Assembly (NCBI RefSeq): GCF_018350175.1
Contig: NC_058368.1
Location: 178,624,001-178,688,000 of the forward strand
Origin: Felis catus
Lineage: Eukaryota
Length of the DNA stretch: 64,000 bases
Direction: 5' to 3'
Part shown: piece after piece, positions 49,280 through 62,740 of the stretch
Numbering within the stretch: position 1 is the first letter of the stretch
Layout of the letters: each line of letters starts with the position of its first letter
Notes under the pieces: model-generated
What the model was told of the DNA's origin: nothing
The model's database searches: none
Seen by the model: the letters and a program-made list of their open reading frames with translations, nothing else
Translations under genes and position numbers: made by a program

Positions 49280-49642
49280 GGGGCACCTGGGTGGCTCAGT
49301 TGGTTCAGTTTCTGACTTTGGCTCGGGTCATGATCTCGCGGTTCATGAGTTCAAGCCCTGCGCCGGGCTCTGTGCTAATAGTTCAGAGCCTGGAGCCTGC
49401 TTCAGATTCTGTGTCTTCCTTTCTCTTTGCCCCTCCCCTGCTCACACTCTGTCTCTCTCTCTCAAAAATAAATAAACACTAAAATAATTTCAAAAAAAGA
49501 AAAGAATTATGTTAGAGGGGAACCTGGGTGGTTCAGTCAGTTAAGCGTCCAACTCTTGGCTTCAGCTAGGGTCATGATCTCACAGTTTGTGAGTTCGAGC
49601 CCCACATCAGGCTCTGTGCTGACGGCCTAGAGCCTGCTTGGG

Positions 49643-49676
<34 letters not shown>

Positions 49677-49753
49677 CCTCCACCGCCCCCCATCTCTCTG
49701 CCCCTCCCCCGTTTCCTCTCTCTCTCTCAAAATAAATAAACTTAAAAAAATTA
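49280..49753 (+). mobile_element. Two tandem Can-SINEs (49280-49501; 49518-49753) sharing a triplicated target site
   Basis: aagaatt(gc/at)gttaga at 49262, 49502 and 49754. Confidence 0.9.
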
Positions 49754-51694
49754 AAGAATTATGTTAGAAGCTTTCATCTTCTAACAGCGCTCTGAGGTAG
49801 CTATTATCACCCCAGCTGTGTGGAAAACAAAGCTTAAGATCAGAGTCTAGTGCCTCCTCAGGGGCACAAGACCAGATTCACATTCTGTATGTGCAACTCC
49901 AGAGTCTTCTGTTCTTTTCTCTGCACCAAGTGGTCTCCCAGTCCAGGATACCATCTGTTGAAACAAGTACATCATGGCTCCATAACGTCCGGGCTTCACA
50001 AATCATTGAACTTAAACACGCAGGTACTAATGCACATACAAGCATAAAAGTAACCAACATAAGTTGAGCTACATTTATTTTTCAAATTAAGGACATTAAC
50101 AAAACAAAAATAACTGCCATCACTGTTTTTGTAAAAGCAGAGATAATTTAATTTAACATCAAATGAGAAAGGAAGAAAGAAGAAAGCTAATAGTAATTTC
50201 AGAGTAAGACCAGCTTAATAAAAATCTTACTGGATGTGTCTCTTTTTTCCTCTCCCCCTTACATTTCTGCAGACTACTAAAAACTGGACCTCAGACGTGC
50301 ATCCAGATGTGTGTTTGGAAACTCCACAGAGGTCATAGCAGGAGGAAATAAAGTGTTTAAGAGAAGTAGGGTGAAAAGCATAGGTGGGTTGAGAGAGCAT
50401 TAAGACCGAGAATCCTGAGCAGCCGGAGATGATGGGGGCGGGGCTTGGTAGGATGTGGTGCCTGTGGGGCTCTACCGTCTCAAACACACGGACTCCATTC
50501 ACAGGATGTTTTCGCTTGTTACTTCAAACACTTGTTTGAAGTACCTGTCTCAGGTCAGATACCTGTGGTTTAGGACTCTGCTCACAGGAGTTCTGATGGA
50601 ATCCAAAGAACTCCCACCCATCTTGAATGCTGATGACTTCTTATAAGTAGATTCAAATGCTGTAATTTGGAAAAGATCATCATTAAGCTTTTAAAGAAAA
50701 AGAAGAAAAAGAATCAATTTTGTGTTTTTTTTTTTTAAATACATGGTATAAGAGGAAAAAAGAGATGCGGACTCAGAAGAAGATAGATTGTAATAATGTA
50801 TTTTCCTTCATAAATATGTCTTAGAGCAATGATGACTACTTATTGTAGTGCTTTTCCTTCTTAAGTAACTATAGATTCTTTTTTCTTTTCCTGAGAAACC
50901 AAAACTTTAAAAGCATGATCTGCTGCTTCTTGAGACTATTATAGATGAGGCCCTGAAAAATCTGTCTTCCTTAATAAGTTTGCCATGCTCTACTAGAACT
51001 CAACACAGGTTACTGTTGTTGATTCTAATGTTGATCAAATAAAGAAGATTAAAAAGCTGGTAAATTCTCCCATAAAAAGAAAAGCTGTTACAGAACGACA
51101 AGGTGATTAAGCATTTTATGGAGTCGGGTGCGAGTGCCTCAGTTAGTTTTATTGCGAATTCTTGATTTAAAGTCTTTCATTTCCAGGAAATCAAATTGAG
51201 TAAAATATCTCACTTCTTGCACTTGCTCTCAGAGTTCCCATTCACAACATTTCCATGCTCATCATCAATTAGAAGTGCTGGGCTTTGTGCCTGTGGACTG
51301 GCTTCCTGCAGGAGAGCCAACTCCCATCTGAATATGGCTTTGTGCAACCTTCTTGCATAGAAATTTAGGAGGTGACAAGCACGTGCTTAGATCATAACTT
51401 GTGGTGCATGACCAGTGTCTGGTAGATCAAGGTAATCCTCATGTGCCAGAACAACCAATGCTCTCCCCCTAGCCAATCATGTAAAAAAAGTGAGAAGGCA
51501 CGTGACTTCCACCACTGTGGTCTGCAGAGAAAGTGGGTTCCTGGGCATTGTCTTCTTCAAACAGCTGATGTTTCATTGGGAAAAATCATTTTCTTTTTCT
51601 CCAGGACAAATACTTCTGAGCTATAGAAAGGTGTTGTTAACGAAAACCCACATGGCTCACTGTGACTCTTTTCACTTCTAATTAAGAAATTACA

Positions 51695-52156
51695 TAAAAG
51701 AAGGAAATCCTGCCATTTGTGAAACAGGAATGGACCTTGAGGCCATTATGCTGAGTGAAATACGTCAGACAGAGACTTTTATGTAGCATCTAAAAGCATG
51801 GAACTCATAGAAACAGATTGTAGAATGGCAGTTACCAGAGTTTAGGGGTGGGGGAAATGTGAAGATGTTAGGTAAAGGGTACAGATTTCCACTTATAAGA
51901 TGAATAAATTCCAAGGATCCAAACTGGTGACTATTGTTAACAATACTCTATTGTATATTTGAAAGTTGCTGTGAAAGTCGTGCTTTAATGTTTTCGCCAT
52001 AAAAACAATAAAATGCTTATTATGTGAAGTCAAGAATGTATTAACTAACCTTATTGTGGTAAACATTTCACAATAGATTTGTATATAAAGTCATCCCACT
52101 GTACACCTTAAACTTAATGTCATATGTCAATTATATCTCAATAAATCTGAGGGAAA
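51695..52156 (+). mobile_element. Older L1 3' end (L1MA/MB-like)
   Basis: gaaatcctgccatttg..ggaccttgaggccattatgctgagtgaaata..gtcaattatatctcaataaa; TSD aagaaattaca at 51684-51694 and 52157-52167. Confidence 0.85.
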
Positions 52157-52209
52157 AAGAAATTACAGTCTGTACCAACATTTTCCTCTGAAATAGGAAG
52201 CTACCCAAA

Positions 52210-52400
52210 TACAGTTGCCAGGTAAAATACAGCACATCCAGTTAAATTTGAATTTTAAGTAAACAACAAATAATTTCTCTTTTACCGTATTTCCTGAATA
52301 TTGTGCAGCACATACTTATATTAAAAATTCATCTGTTTATCTAAGAGTCAAATTTAACTGGGAATCCCGTACTTTTATTTGCAAAATTTGGCAACCCTAG
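52210..52400. mobile_element. MER33/MER3-like hAT element
   Basis: Inverted ends gttgccag..aaaatacag / tacttttatttgcaaaatttggcaaccctag; internal ccagttaaatttga / tcaaatttaactgg inverted pair. Confidence 0.7.
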
Positions 52401-53528
52401 GCCCCAAACACTTCAACCCTAAAAAGAAAAGCAAACAGTCTAAAGGCTTGTAGATTCAGTAGGTATGGAAGCCAAGAGAGAAGATTGAAGTTTTCCAACT
52501 TGATGCCAGAAATAATAAAATGCATACACTTACTGTGCCAGAATTTGGCCCTCTTCTTCCTTCAACATTCCTGTGATGCAAGAATGAAGTTAGGTCTTTG
52601 AGAAAGCAGATGGGCAAAAGTTGATGCTATTCGACATGGTGCTGTTTTTGACAGTTGCTTGCCTGTTTGTCTGAAAACTCTTTGTGCCTGGCTTTTTAGA
52701 AAATGCCTTCATCCAGCAAGGCATATTCATGATACGAGTTGTGTTTATTTCCAGAGATCCACCAATCAGAGAAAACCTTTTCTGTCCCCAAATAAAATAT
52801 GTTTCCAATTCTATCTTGTCAGCCCGGCATCCCCCTGACGATACTTCTCCTGTTTATTAAAGACATAGATCCTGATCAGATGTTTCTCCCCCTAGGCAAT
52901 ACCCTCAACTCCCGACGCCTCACCCACGTCAGCCAGCCTTGCACTGAAAAATCAGCATCTTCGTGAAAACAATTATATTATGTTCACAAAGTTAATTACA
53001 ATAGAATATAAGTGTGTACTCACCATTTTTTAAGCAAAACAACGTGTGTGGGCATAAAAGCAAGTTTGGAAGAATATACACCCAATTGTTAGCAAACATC
53101 TCTGGGTAGTAAGATTTACAGGTGATTTCATTTCTCTGTGTTTATTTATTTAGCCCAGCTGTGACTTTAGTTCCAATCCACTTCTCTGTATTTTACACTC
53201 TCCAGGGCATTTCTCAACCTGGTACAACATCAATCACTGTAAAGCAGAATTCCTCAAGCTTTATGGTACACAACAGTTACTTATGATGCTTGTGAAAATG
53301 CAGATTCCCAGGCTCGCCCTGAAGACTTTGATTTAATATGTCTAAGGTAAGGGTCCCTAAATCTGCATTCTTAACTCCTCCTTCTTCCATTTTAACCTAG
53401 TTCAACTGTAGACCATACTGTGAGGCATGGAGACTTAAGGTCTTCACTGGGCATCTTTTGCAAATCCCACATGCATGACCATAGTTGAAACTTATTTTGG
53501 CCACTGGTGCCAGAATTCATTCACTATG

Positions 53529-53540
53529 CACAGACACACA

Positions 53541-53582
<42 letters not shown>

Positions 53583-53655
53583 TATATATAATGTATGTTA
53601 TATATAAATATATATATTGCATATATATTAATGCAATATATATTATGTATATATA
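53529..53655. repeat. (CA)n-(TA)n microsatellite
   Basis: Long pure (CA) run followed by degenerate TA repeats. Confidence 0.92.
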
Positions 53656-55924
53656 ATTTTCAGGCATAAATCAGGTCCATTTAATCTCCCTTTGAGAGAG
53701 GAAAGTGTTTGGGTGGAAGCTCCCCCTCCCCAGCACGGCAGTGGCACCTCACCACGTCTGTTTGGTTTGCAGAGCGGGGAGGAAGGGGATGCACATTTCA
53801 GCTTCCAGTTCTTCCTAATTTAGGTCTTGATTCCTTCTGTCTCCTAGGCTTTTTGTTTGTTTCCTTCCAGTTTCACTTGCCACTGTGCCAGAAGGTGTAG
53901 TGCTAAGGTCTGAGCTTTCATGTGGTTTTTAAAGACATTTACATGTTTAAATGTAACTCTTGGTACTAGAACTCTGCCTACCCCTGGCTCTGGGGCCATC
54001 CCCCTGGTGTGGGAAACCACCAGGCCCTTCCTGCGCTGCTAGCAATGGCATCCTCCTTGGTTTTGCTGCTGCTGCTCCTGCCTGCTGTCACCTGCCCACG
54101 CTACATACTACAGCTGGATGAGCTTTTTAAGATGTAAATTAGATCATGTCGTTCTCTGGCTTAAAAGCCTTCAGTGGTTTCCTGTAGCCCTGGGAAGAAA
54201 CACCCACCTGCTGACCCTGTCTATAAGGCCCTGAGCTCCAGTCTGTCTCCCCCTCAGTCATTCACTCCACGCCCATGCCAACAACTGTTTTGCAGTTGTT
54301 TCCTTCTGACGTTCCCACACTGGCTCCTTTTCACACTTTGGGGTTCAGGGGGGCCAACCTCTTCTGTCACCCCACTCTCCATCCCAGTGTCTTGTTTCCA
54401 TAGAACACTCGATATAATTTGTAATTTTAAAATGTATGTTTCTGTTTACTTTTTCGTTTTGTTTGGGTCACACATATATACCTCTTGGAAAGGCAGGGAA
54501 CTTTCGTCTTGTTCCCCATCACCCACTCATTGTTACTGTTGTACCCTCTGCCTAGCACAACTCTGGGAATATAGTAAGTGCTCAATACGTCTTCGTGCGG
54601 TTCACTTCAGCCTGTGTAAATGAATCGGCCTGCTGCTATAGTGATATCCTCAAGAGTCAGAGAAACCAAGCTGGGCGTTAGCACCTGCCGCTCCTGCCAG
54701 CAAAGCTCTGACAGTGGAAGCCATCCCCCCACCTTCATGACTTCTGAGCCTTCTGAGAGAGGGAGAGTCCCCATGGTGGCTAAGCAGAAAGTGGATGAAC
54801 CACAATAAGGTAAACACCAAGCATTCTCCCTTCGTTCCGTCTGCTTTCTCATTCTGATACACAGACCAAAGATCCCAGACAGTCATGAAAAGCAGACTCA
54901 TGGCTGTTCTAGAAAACAACAACAGGCCTGAAAGCCTCAAAGCAGCCTTGTGTGGGAAGGATCACGAAACCATCAGGGCTGTGGATCATCACTTGAATAA
55001 AAATCAAATGACTTAGGATCTGTCCAAAATGAAGGATGTTTTAATACTTTGTGTGTAAAAACACTGATATTTTGCTTCTTTTTTATTAAACGGATTTTAT
55101 TATTTTCCAGAATCTTGTCAGCATAATCGTTTTATGGGTGGATGAAATACTCAGCCCTGCCGCTGCAGGGGCTCTTTCACAGCAATTACCTTGTGGCACT
55201 TTCGCTGTAATTAGGTTTTTGCCGAGGATTTTTCCCCGGGTCTGTGTAATAAATGAAATATGACCAGAATTTAAATTTGTCAATTACAAGCAAGCGTAGT
55301 GCATAAACACACCACAGAGCCATGAATTCCAAACCACAGGCTGTTGCTGGGGGGCAGACGCTCTGAAAATTAAAATGGAAATAAAACTACTGACTGGCAA
55401 GCAAAAAGTGGCCCCCAAAGAAAGCAAATCTCCCCTAACACTCATGTATGATTCTACCCAATGGTGTGAGCTCTTGATTACAAATTTTTCAGTGTGTACT
55501 GACAAGTCAAGGAATAGCATTGGATTTGTGTTAAAATAACCTACACAGGCCTCTGATCTCCTACCCTATGAATTCCTATGTTTCTTGAGGCCGGATCCAA
55601 AAGATCTTGGACATGGTGGGGCAGACCCCCACTGCAGTATGCAGTCTGGTGGTGGTAGTCTCTCTGAGTGGCTCAAGGATGGACAGATTTGGGGACTGGC
55701 TCTGCTGTCTACCAGCGGCTGCTAGTTCCCCGGACCTGACTTCCATAATTGCTCCTCTGGGGCCCTCTGCCGACCATCTCTTGTACAGGGGGAAATTCTA
55801 GGAGTTTGCACTGTTGAGGACTCGGACAAATCATTTATTTCATTAAAACAACCATCAAACAAAAGCAAATTTTTTAAATTTGCATGTATAAAAGCCCTAG
55901 GCAAGGAAAAAGGAACTCATATAT

Positions 55925-55995
55925 TTTTTTAAAATGTTTATTTATTTTGAGAGAGAGAGAGAGAGAGAGATAGAGAACATGAACAGGGGAGAAGC

Positions 55996-56027
<32 letters not shown>

Positions 56028-56180
56028 AGACAGAGACAGAGAGAGAGAGAGAATCCCAAGAGGCCCTGCGCTGTCACTGCAGAGCCCAACATGTGACTTA
56101 AACTCACGAAACGTGAGGCCGTGACCTGAGCCAAAACCAAGAGTCAGATGCTTAACTGACTGAGCCACCCAGGCACCCCA
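55925..56180 (-). mobile_element. Can-SINE with expanded (GA)n
   Basis: TSD aggaactca either side. Confidence 0.88.
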
Positions 56181-56259
56181 GGAACTCACATTTTTATAAA
56201 CTCACTGAGTATGTGCATTAATGCATGCAGTGAATCTTTTTTGAATATCTCTTCTTGGT

Positions 56260-57010
56260 GTCTGTGTCAGACACCAGGTTTTAGGCATTTAGGAGTTGAG
56301 CCCAAACCCAAAAGTGTCTTGCTTGTCTGGAGCCAGACATGGACAGCTCATGGTCTGGAGGAGGAGACAAACTGGGGTCCACAAATGGCACAAATGCATA
56401 TTAAGTGACAATTTAATTAGGCACTGTATAGGAAGAAGACATGTCATGGTGTGTGTCCCTGAGGTAGGAGCATTCAGGCTGAGATCAGAAGGGGAGAAGA
56501 ACATTCTTGGCAGCGGTAACAACATGTTCACGGGCCCTGTGTCAGAGGACAGCCTAGAGGATATGATGGCTTGAAAACATGTCTGGCAAGGCTGGGGTGC
56601 AGAGAGTAAGGGAATGCCTAGGGCAAAAAGAGACTGGAGAAGGGAGAGGTTGGACTCTGGCAGAGCCATGGAGGTTGTGTGGATTATGGTTTCTCCTGAT
56701 ACCTGTGGGAAGCCACTAAGTGTTCTTACACAGGTGGAGGATGGGAATGGTGGTGGTTGATATAATCACATTTGTGGTTCGGAAAGATGATCCTGGCTTC
56801 ATGAAGGACAACAGATAGAAAGAGGACAAGAATAGGCTCAAGAAGTCCAGTTAGGAGTCTAGTGCAGTAGTCCACGTGAAAGATGGCAGTGAGTTGTTCG
56901 AAATGGTGGCAGAAGAGATGGAAATGAGATCAGAGAGAGCGTTTAGGGGATAGAATCAGCACTGCCTCGGTGATGAGTGATACATGGTGATGGAAGGAAG
57001 GGGATGTTAA
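56260..57010. mobile_element. Ancient L2 fragment
   Basis: tgtgtcagacaccaggttttaggc..gggaagccact..gaaagatgatcctggct..ccagttaggag..gtagtccacgtgaaagatgg. Confidence 0.6.
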
Positions 57011-57242
57011 AAATGGCTTAGGTTGTCTCATTTAATTGTTCCAGCCGTGCAAAATAGCATTACCCCCATTTTACACATGAGGGAGTTGAGCTCAGAGAGG
57101 TTTACTGTTGGGCTTGAGATCATTCAGTTGGGAAAGGGCAGGGCCATATGCCTACTACTCCCTCACAGCATCTCTGATGTTGTAGGGGGTGTTTGCTTAG
57201 AAACTCATCTCCCCCACATCCTTTCAATGTATCCCCTACATC

Positions 57243-57458
57243 TTTTTTTTTTTTAATGTTACTTATTTATTTTGAGAGAGACATAGAAACTGTGAACAGT
57301 GAAGAGCAGAGAGAGAGAGGGGGAGAGAAAATCCCAAGTAGGCTCCACGCTGTCAGCACAAGCCCGATGTAAGACTCAGTCCCACAAACTGTGAGATCAT
57401 GACCTGAGCCAAAATTGAGAGTTGGATGCTTAACCGACTGAGCCACCCAGGCGCCTCC
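57243..57458 (-). mobile_element. Can-SINE
   Basis: PolyT, GA tract, gagccacccaggcgcc head. Confidence 0.88.
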
Positions 57459-58734
57459 TAACATTCTTAAGAACACTCCAAAAACTTATGTGTTTGTTTC
57501 CTTGTCTTTCTTTTCTGCTAGACTGTGAGGTTGTTGAGGCCTGTATTGTCAGGCCTTTATTTGCCCCTGAATTGTCAATACTTAGTCCAGTGCCTGGCTC
57601 AGAGTAGGAGCCAGGGAGTATTTATTGAGTGAATAAGAAAATCTTCACCCATCTCCTAGAGAAGGGAGGTAGTTGGAGGGCAATGTGTGTTTTAAGCAAC
57701 ATTCTCACTGGCCTAATTCTCTTTTATACCAGGACCACAGTTTGGGAATTTTTGCTGGAATGCTCAAAAAGGACTGTTAAGAAGAATCTAGAAGTTTCTA
57801 GTAGCCTAGTGTGGTTAAAAGAGCACAGGTTTAGAATCCTGTGGCTCTGGTTTTACATCCCAGCGCCTCAGTTTATAAGTTATGCATTCTAGAATACCTA
57901 TCCTCTTTGAGAAGTCAGTGTCCTTATATGTAAAGTGAGGAAATTTCAGTATTTACTTAATAGGGCTATTGTGAAGATTGCATTTGGTCATCTGTGCTAA
58001 CTGCTTGACACATGAATATATAAATTTCCTATTTTTGTAGAAAAGAAGGGTCAGAATTTCATGGCTAGCCAAGAACATGGATGAGGTTGGTACTTTCTCT
58101 CCACCTGACCTCAAAGTTCCTGTCACGTACAGACTACTCTTCCTGTGGTTTATTCTGGAATGAGGGAAGAGGAAGTTGGCTCTCTGGGGGTCCCTGACAA
58201 GCTGACAGATGTCTCCTAAGGCAGCTTTCAACAGAGAGCTCTTTATTATTATTATTATTCTTTGTGATTTACAGTGTGTGCCTACAAGCCTCTGGGCACG
58301 ATCACGGAGTAGGAATGGAATTAATAAATTGGATCTGGTTCTTGCTTAATTCATGGCTCTGACAAAATTAAAAATGGAGACAGGTAGGATAGCCTAAACA
58401 AACAAAGTGTCCCAAAGCCTGGATTCCGGGACACATAGTGCTGTAGGAGGAACACTCCACAGCCAGAACTGTGGCTAAAGCCAGGCAGACATCCAGATGG
58501 AGTAGAGAAGCCTGAGAACATCCTAGAAAGCAACAAATCCTTTCCAAAGGAAATCCAAACCTGTTGGATTTAAGCAACCCATGAGTCTGGGATCATATAT
58601 GCATGGGTTCAAATTCTGAGTGTACTGCTTATTTGTATAATCTTAACAAATGGCTCAGGGTCACTCAGCTGGTTATTTGCAGAACTGGATTTTGATGCAA
58701 ATCTGAACCCAAGCTTGTGGTTTTTAGCCATTTT

Positions 58735-59910
58735 AAGAGAGAAAAAATAATTTCCCCTCTACCCTTCTAAGTTCGTGGTTGAGACTCCCTATAGTAAAAG
58801 AATAATAAGAGAAAAACAGACAGAAGTTTATTAACATTGTTAAAAAACAAAAATGCAACTGGGTAAATTTTATTTATTTATTTATTTTGAGAAAGAGAGC
58901 ATGTGCACACACAAGCATGCATGGGAGAGGCAGAGGGAGAGGGAGAGAGAGAATCTTAAGCAGGCTCCCTACCCAGTGTGGAGCCCGATGCAGGGCTCAA
59001 TCCCATAACTGTGAGATTATGACCTGAGCCAAAATCAAGAGTCAGAGGCTCAACTGACTGAGCCACCCAGGTGCCTCCAACTGAGTAAATTTTAAAGATC
59101 TTACTGACCTCATTCGATGATTCATGAATCTGGCAGCATCCCATCTACTTGATAGAAAGGAACTCTGAGGAGCTATACAAACACACAAAACAACAACAAC
59201 AACAAAAAACCCCAAACTTATAGACAAAGGGGAGAAGGAACTAGGAAGTTATATTGGGCAAAAAACTATGTTGGTTATTGCAAGGTTATTTTCCTTTAGG
59301 GTGGTAGGGGTCTATCACGCAGAGTACCTAATAAGCACCCATCAGGTGATTCCTGATCGACTGGTTTAAGATTCCATTTTGGGGAGAGCTGAAATGGTAA
59401 TTTAATTAAGTCTGGGTTTGGTGATGTGAGGTTTAATGTAAGTGACTCCATTTTGGGGATGTTGTCTTATTGTTAGCAAAATGTATGTATATGTCATGTA
59501 AACATGGGAGAAAAACTGAGTACCTCTCCAAGATATCCCCAGCCACCAGCTTAAACACTATCTTCCTCTAGACAAAAGAAAGATGTTGGGAAGGGGAGGA
59601 AGATGGCCAATTTGGGGGAGGTTACCAGAAAAAGCATAAGAAGTAAGGATAAGTAAGGATGAAGTCTGTGCCTTCCCCACTAATAAGAGTTTCTTGTGAC
59701 TTAGAGTCATCCTTCTCTTCTTGGTAGAGAGAGGGAGACACTTACAAATGGAGACTTTCTTTATGAATGTAAATGTCCCTTGCAAAAGGGTAACTTCTAC
59801 TCTGTTTTATAGCTTCTCCTGTGTCTGCATGTTCTCAAAAATAATCAGCTCAAAATAATTCTTATGCTGAAGAGGCACATTTTGGAGTGGTATATTATGC
59901 TACCCTTCAC
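58735..59910. mobile_element. Nested carnivore LTR-like elements with an internal Can-SINE (about 58872-59077, - strand)
   Basis: Inner element tgttaaaaaacaaaaatgcaactg...tattgttagca (about 58838-59478); SINE TSD caactg(g/a)gtaaatttt; family assignment from recall only. Confidence 0.5.
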
Positions 59911-62239
59911 CATTATATTGTTTATGAACATAGTATGGCATATTGTCGTTGCTTAAATATTTACTGCATAACTATGAATTCCTTAAAATGAATGCCTAGT
60001 ATACAGAAGGGGTTCAATGTATGCATGCTAGAAGTTTTGCTGTCTTAGATTTTTTTCCCCCTGAAATTCCTCACCCCCTCAATACCCCATTCCCACTGCA
60101 CAAGTACAAGTATATTGATCACTGGAACAAGCGTCTTTGAGGGATACATCCTGAGACCTTCACAAAATAACAAATTCACAATATAAAAATAATATCTGCA
60201 TAGCATGGGGCTGTCTTTCAAATATCATTTCCCCCCTAAGTCATGAGGCCCCTGGGTAAATCCTCACATCACACATTAACTATTGACTTTCCCCCCTATC
60301 ATCCATCCCGTGGACACACTTCACAAAGAAACATAGTTCTGATCTTGCAAGAATTGCCCCCGTATGTGCTGTAGAGTCAAGGAGTGATGCAAGGGGGCAA
60401 TGGGCAGTGGTGGGGCTCTCTTCCTCCAGCTCAAGGTCAGCAGGATTCAAATTCACCCCTCAGCAAGATGTCAACCGGCCATGTGTCACTCAGTACCCTT
60501 TGGGGTGCTGGCCCATAGTAAAAGCCAGCAAATGCTAGGCCAGGTCGGTAGTGCTGTGAAGGCCCTGGGGGCCATTCCTTCCCCAAGGCCAGGCCCAACC
60601 TTCTTTTGGACCACAAATACCCTCTCCTACTTTGATCATGAATTTTCTAACATTTCCAGGCTTACATCTTATCCTACTTGATGTATTGTTTTTAATGTAA
60701 ATTTTTTCCTAGCCACAAAACTAAAACCATCACGGACCACCAGAAAAGCACCCAGAAAGAAAAACAAACAAACAAACACATCACCGGTCATCTCTCCACG
60801 TAGGGAATATAACTGCTAACATTTTTGGCAAAGCCTTCCTTTCTACTCCGCCCACCCCCATCCCACTCCACTGTACAGCTTTTGAAAAGAGGTATTCCCT
60901 CAAATGTTCTCATGTTAAGAAAAGGGGAGAAAAGGGTCCTTATGTTATCCCTTCCAGAAAGAACCCAAGTAATCCCTATTATGTAAACTCTTTCAAAGAA
61001 ACAGTCTGTTCAAAACTGTCGTGAAGTCATTTGTTGCTATGGCAATGCTTGGCCCAAGAGTGCAATAAACAACCATCCTGACTCCAGCCTCTAAACAGAA
61101 GCTGCCATTATCTCCCTCAGAGCTCTTCAGGGGAGCTCATTTTGCCAAAGTTATTCATTTAAATTAGCAGCTCCTTTCTTAGTCACTTGAATTTCTTTTG
61201 CTTCCTAGGAAGCCACACCAGGCGGCTGAGAAAGCAGTTAGGGCAATAAATTGAGAGGCTGAGGACTGGGGACAGCACTCCTTCCGTGGTGGCCTTCTGT
61301 GGATCTGCGATAAAGGCAGGTTCTTTTCTCTGCTGGGTACACAGTCTAACATCTTAGATGCATGTCACCCAGGGCAAAGTAAGGTTGGGTGTTGGGCTTA
61401 GGAGGACAATCATGGTGAAAGTTCTGACAACAGCGTAATCAACCCAGGTAACTTTTCTGAACTAAAAATACGGAGCAAATCTCACAGAGAGTATTCTGGA
61501 AAGCTTTTTGCAATTTTATGTACAGCTGCAGAATATTATGGCTGAAGGGATGAGAGGTGGGAGTGGGGTGGGGAAAGATATTCAACATGCTTAACATGCA
61601 TGATTTCATTAGATTCTGACGACACTCCTATAGAGGCAGGCAGCATATCTTTTTTTTTTTTTTTCTTTCTTTCCTGTTTTACAGATAAGGAAGCAGAGAC
61701 TTGGAGAGATTAAGTGACTTGCCCAAGATCCCTGACCAGAAAGTGGTAGAGCCAGTTTCAAACTCTTGCTCTTTACCTTGGAAACTGCTTTCTTGACCCT
61801 CACACTATACTGCCCCAAAGGGCTGGAATAGACATGCATGGAGCTCCTACTCTACGCACAGAGTGCTGGAGATTTTACATACGTTGTTTAAATGTCACAA
61901 TTGGCCTGTGTAGGTGTTATCATTCCCATTTGTCAGATGGGGAAGCTGAGACCCCAAGATGTGGTTCACTCAGGTTTGTCCAGCCAGCTCTAGTATACAA
62001 GGGTTTGAACTCATGGCTGCTAGACTTCAAAGCCTATGCTTGTTCGTCTACACAGCATTGCCTGGTACCTAGAAATCATTAAGCCTAACACTGTCTTTTT
62101 ACCAACAAGGAAACAGAGCCCTGGAAATACTAAGTGGCTTGCCCAATGACATCCTTCAAGGTCTAGAGACTGCCTCCCTCCAGCCTGAGCAGGCAGATGG
62201 AAGAGAGTTCATTTGCTCTAAGCTGGCCTGGTGTGCATT

Positions 62240-62740
62240 AGGTCAAGTCCCAAGGGTGGCTGTCTACAAAAGCTACTGTACTTGAAGAGTGTGTGTTCAG
62301 AGTGGGATCACACTGGAGTCTTGGGCCATTTATTCTCTATTCCTGGTCATCTCGTCCCCCTAACCCAACTCCTATGTCCAGGAGAATTCATCCTGGAAGC
62401 AAAGCGTCAAAGGCCTTCCTCCAAACAACATTTCTGACATTAGCCCTTATTTATTAGGACTGTTCCCTCCCTGCTGGGTCACTGAGGCTGGTGGTATGGC
62501 TTCCAAAGGTCACAGATCCTGTCAATCAGGTTCCCAGATGACCTCCTGTTGCAGGTTCTGGTAACTGCTCTCCCCTCTTCCCCTTCAGGCTAGGGGTAGA
62601 AATGGTGCCCGGCTGTTTTTAGCCACAGGGGTACTGACCCAGAACCTTCTGTTTTACCCAATCTTGCGCACACTTTTGTAAACTGTCTGTTTAATAATTG
62701 TCCAATTTGAGTATTTCCTGCTGGGACCATGACAAATACA
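62240..62740. mobile_element. ERVL-type (LTR16/LTR33-like) LTR fragment
   Basis: ccccttcaggctagggg..cacacttttgtaaa..tttcctgctgggaccatgacaaataca terminus. Confidence 0.45.
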
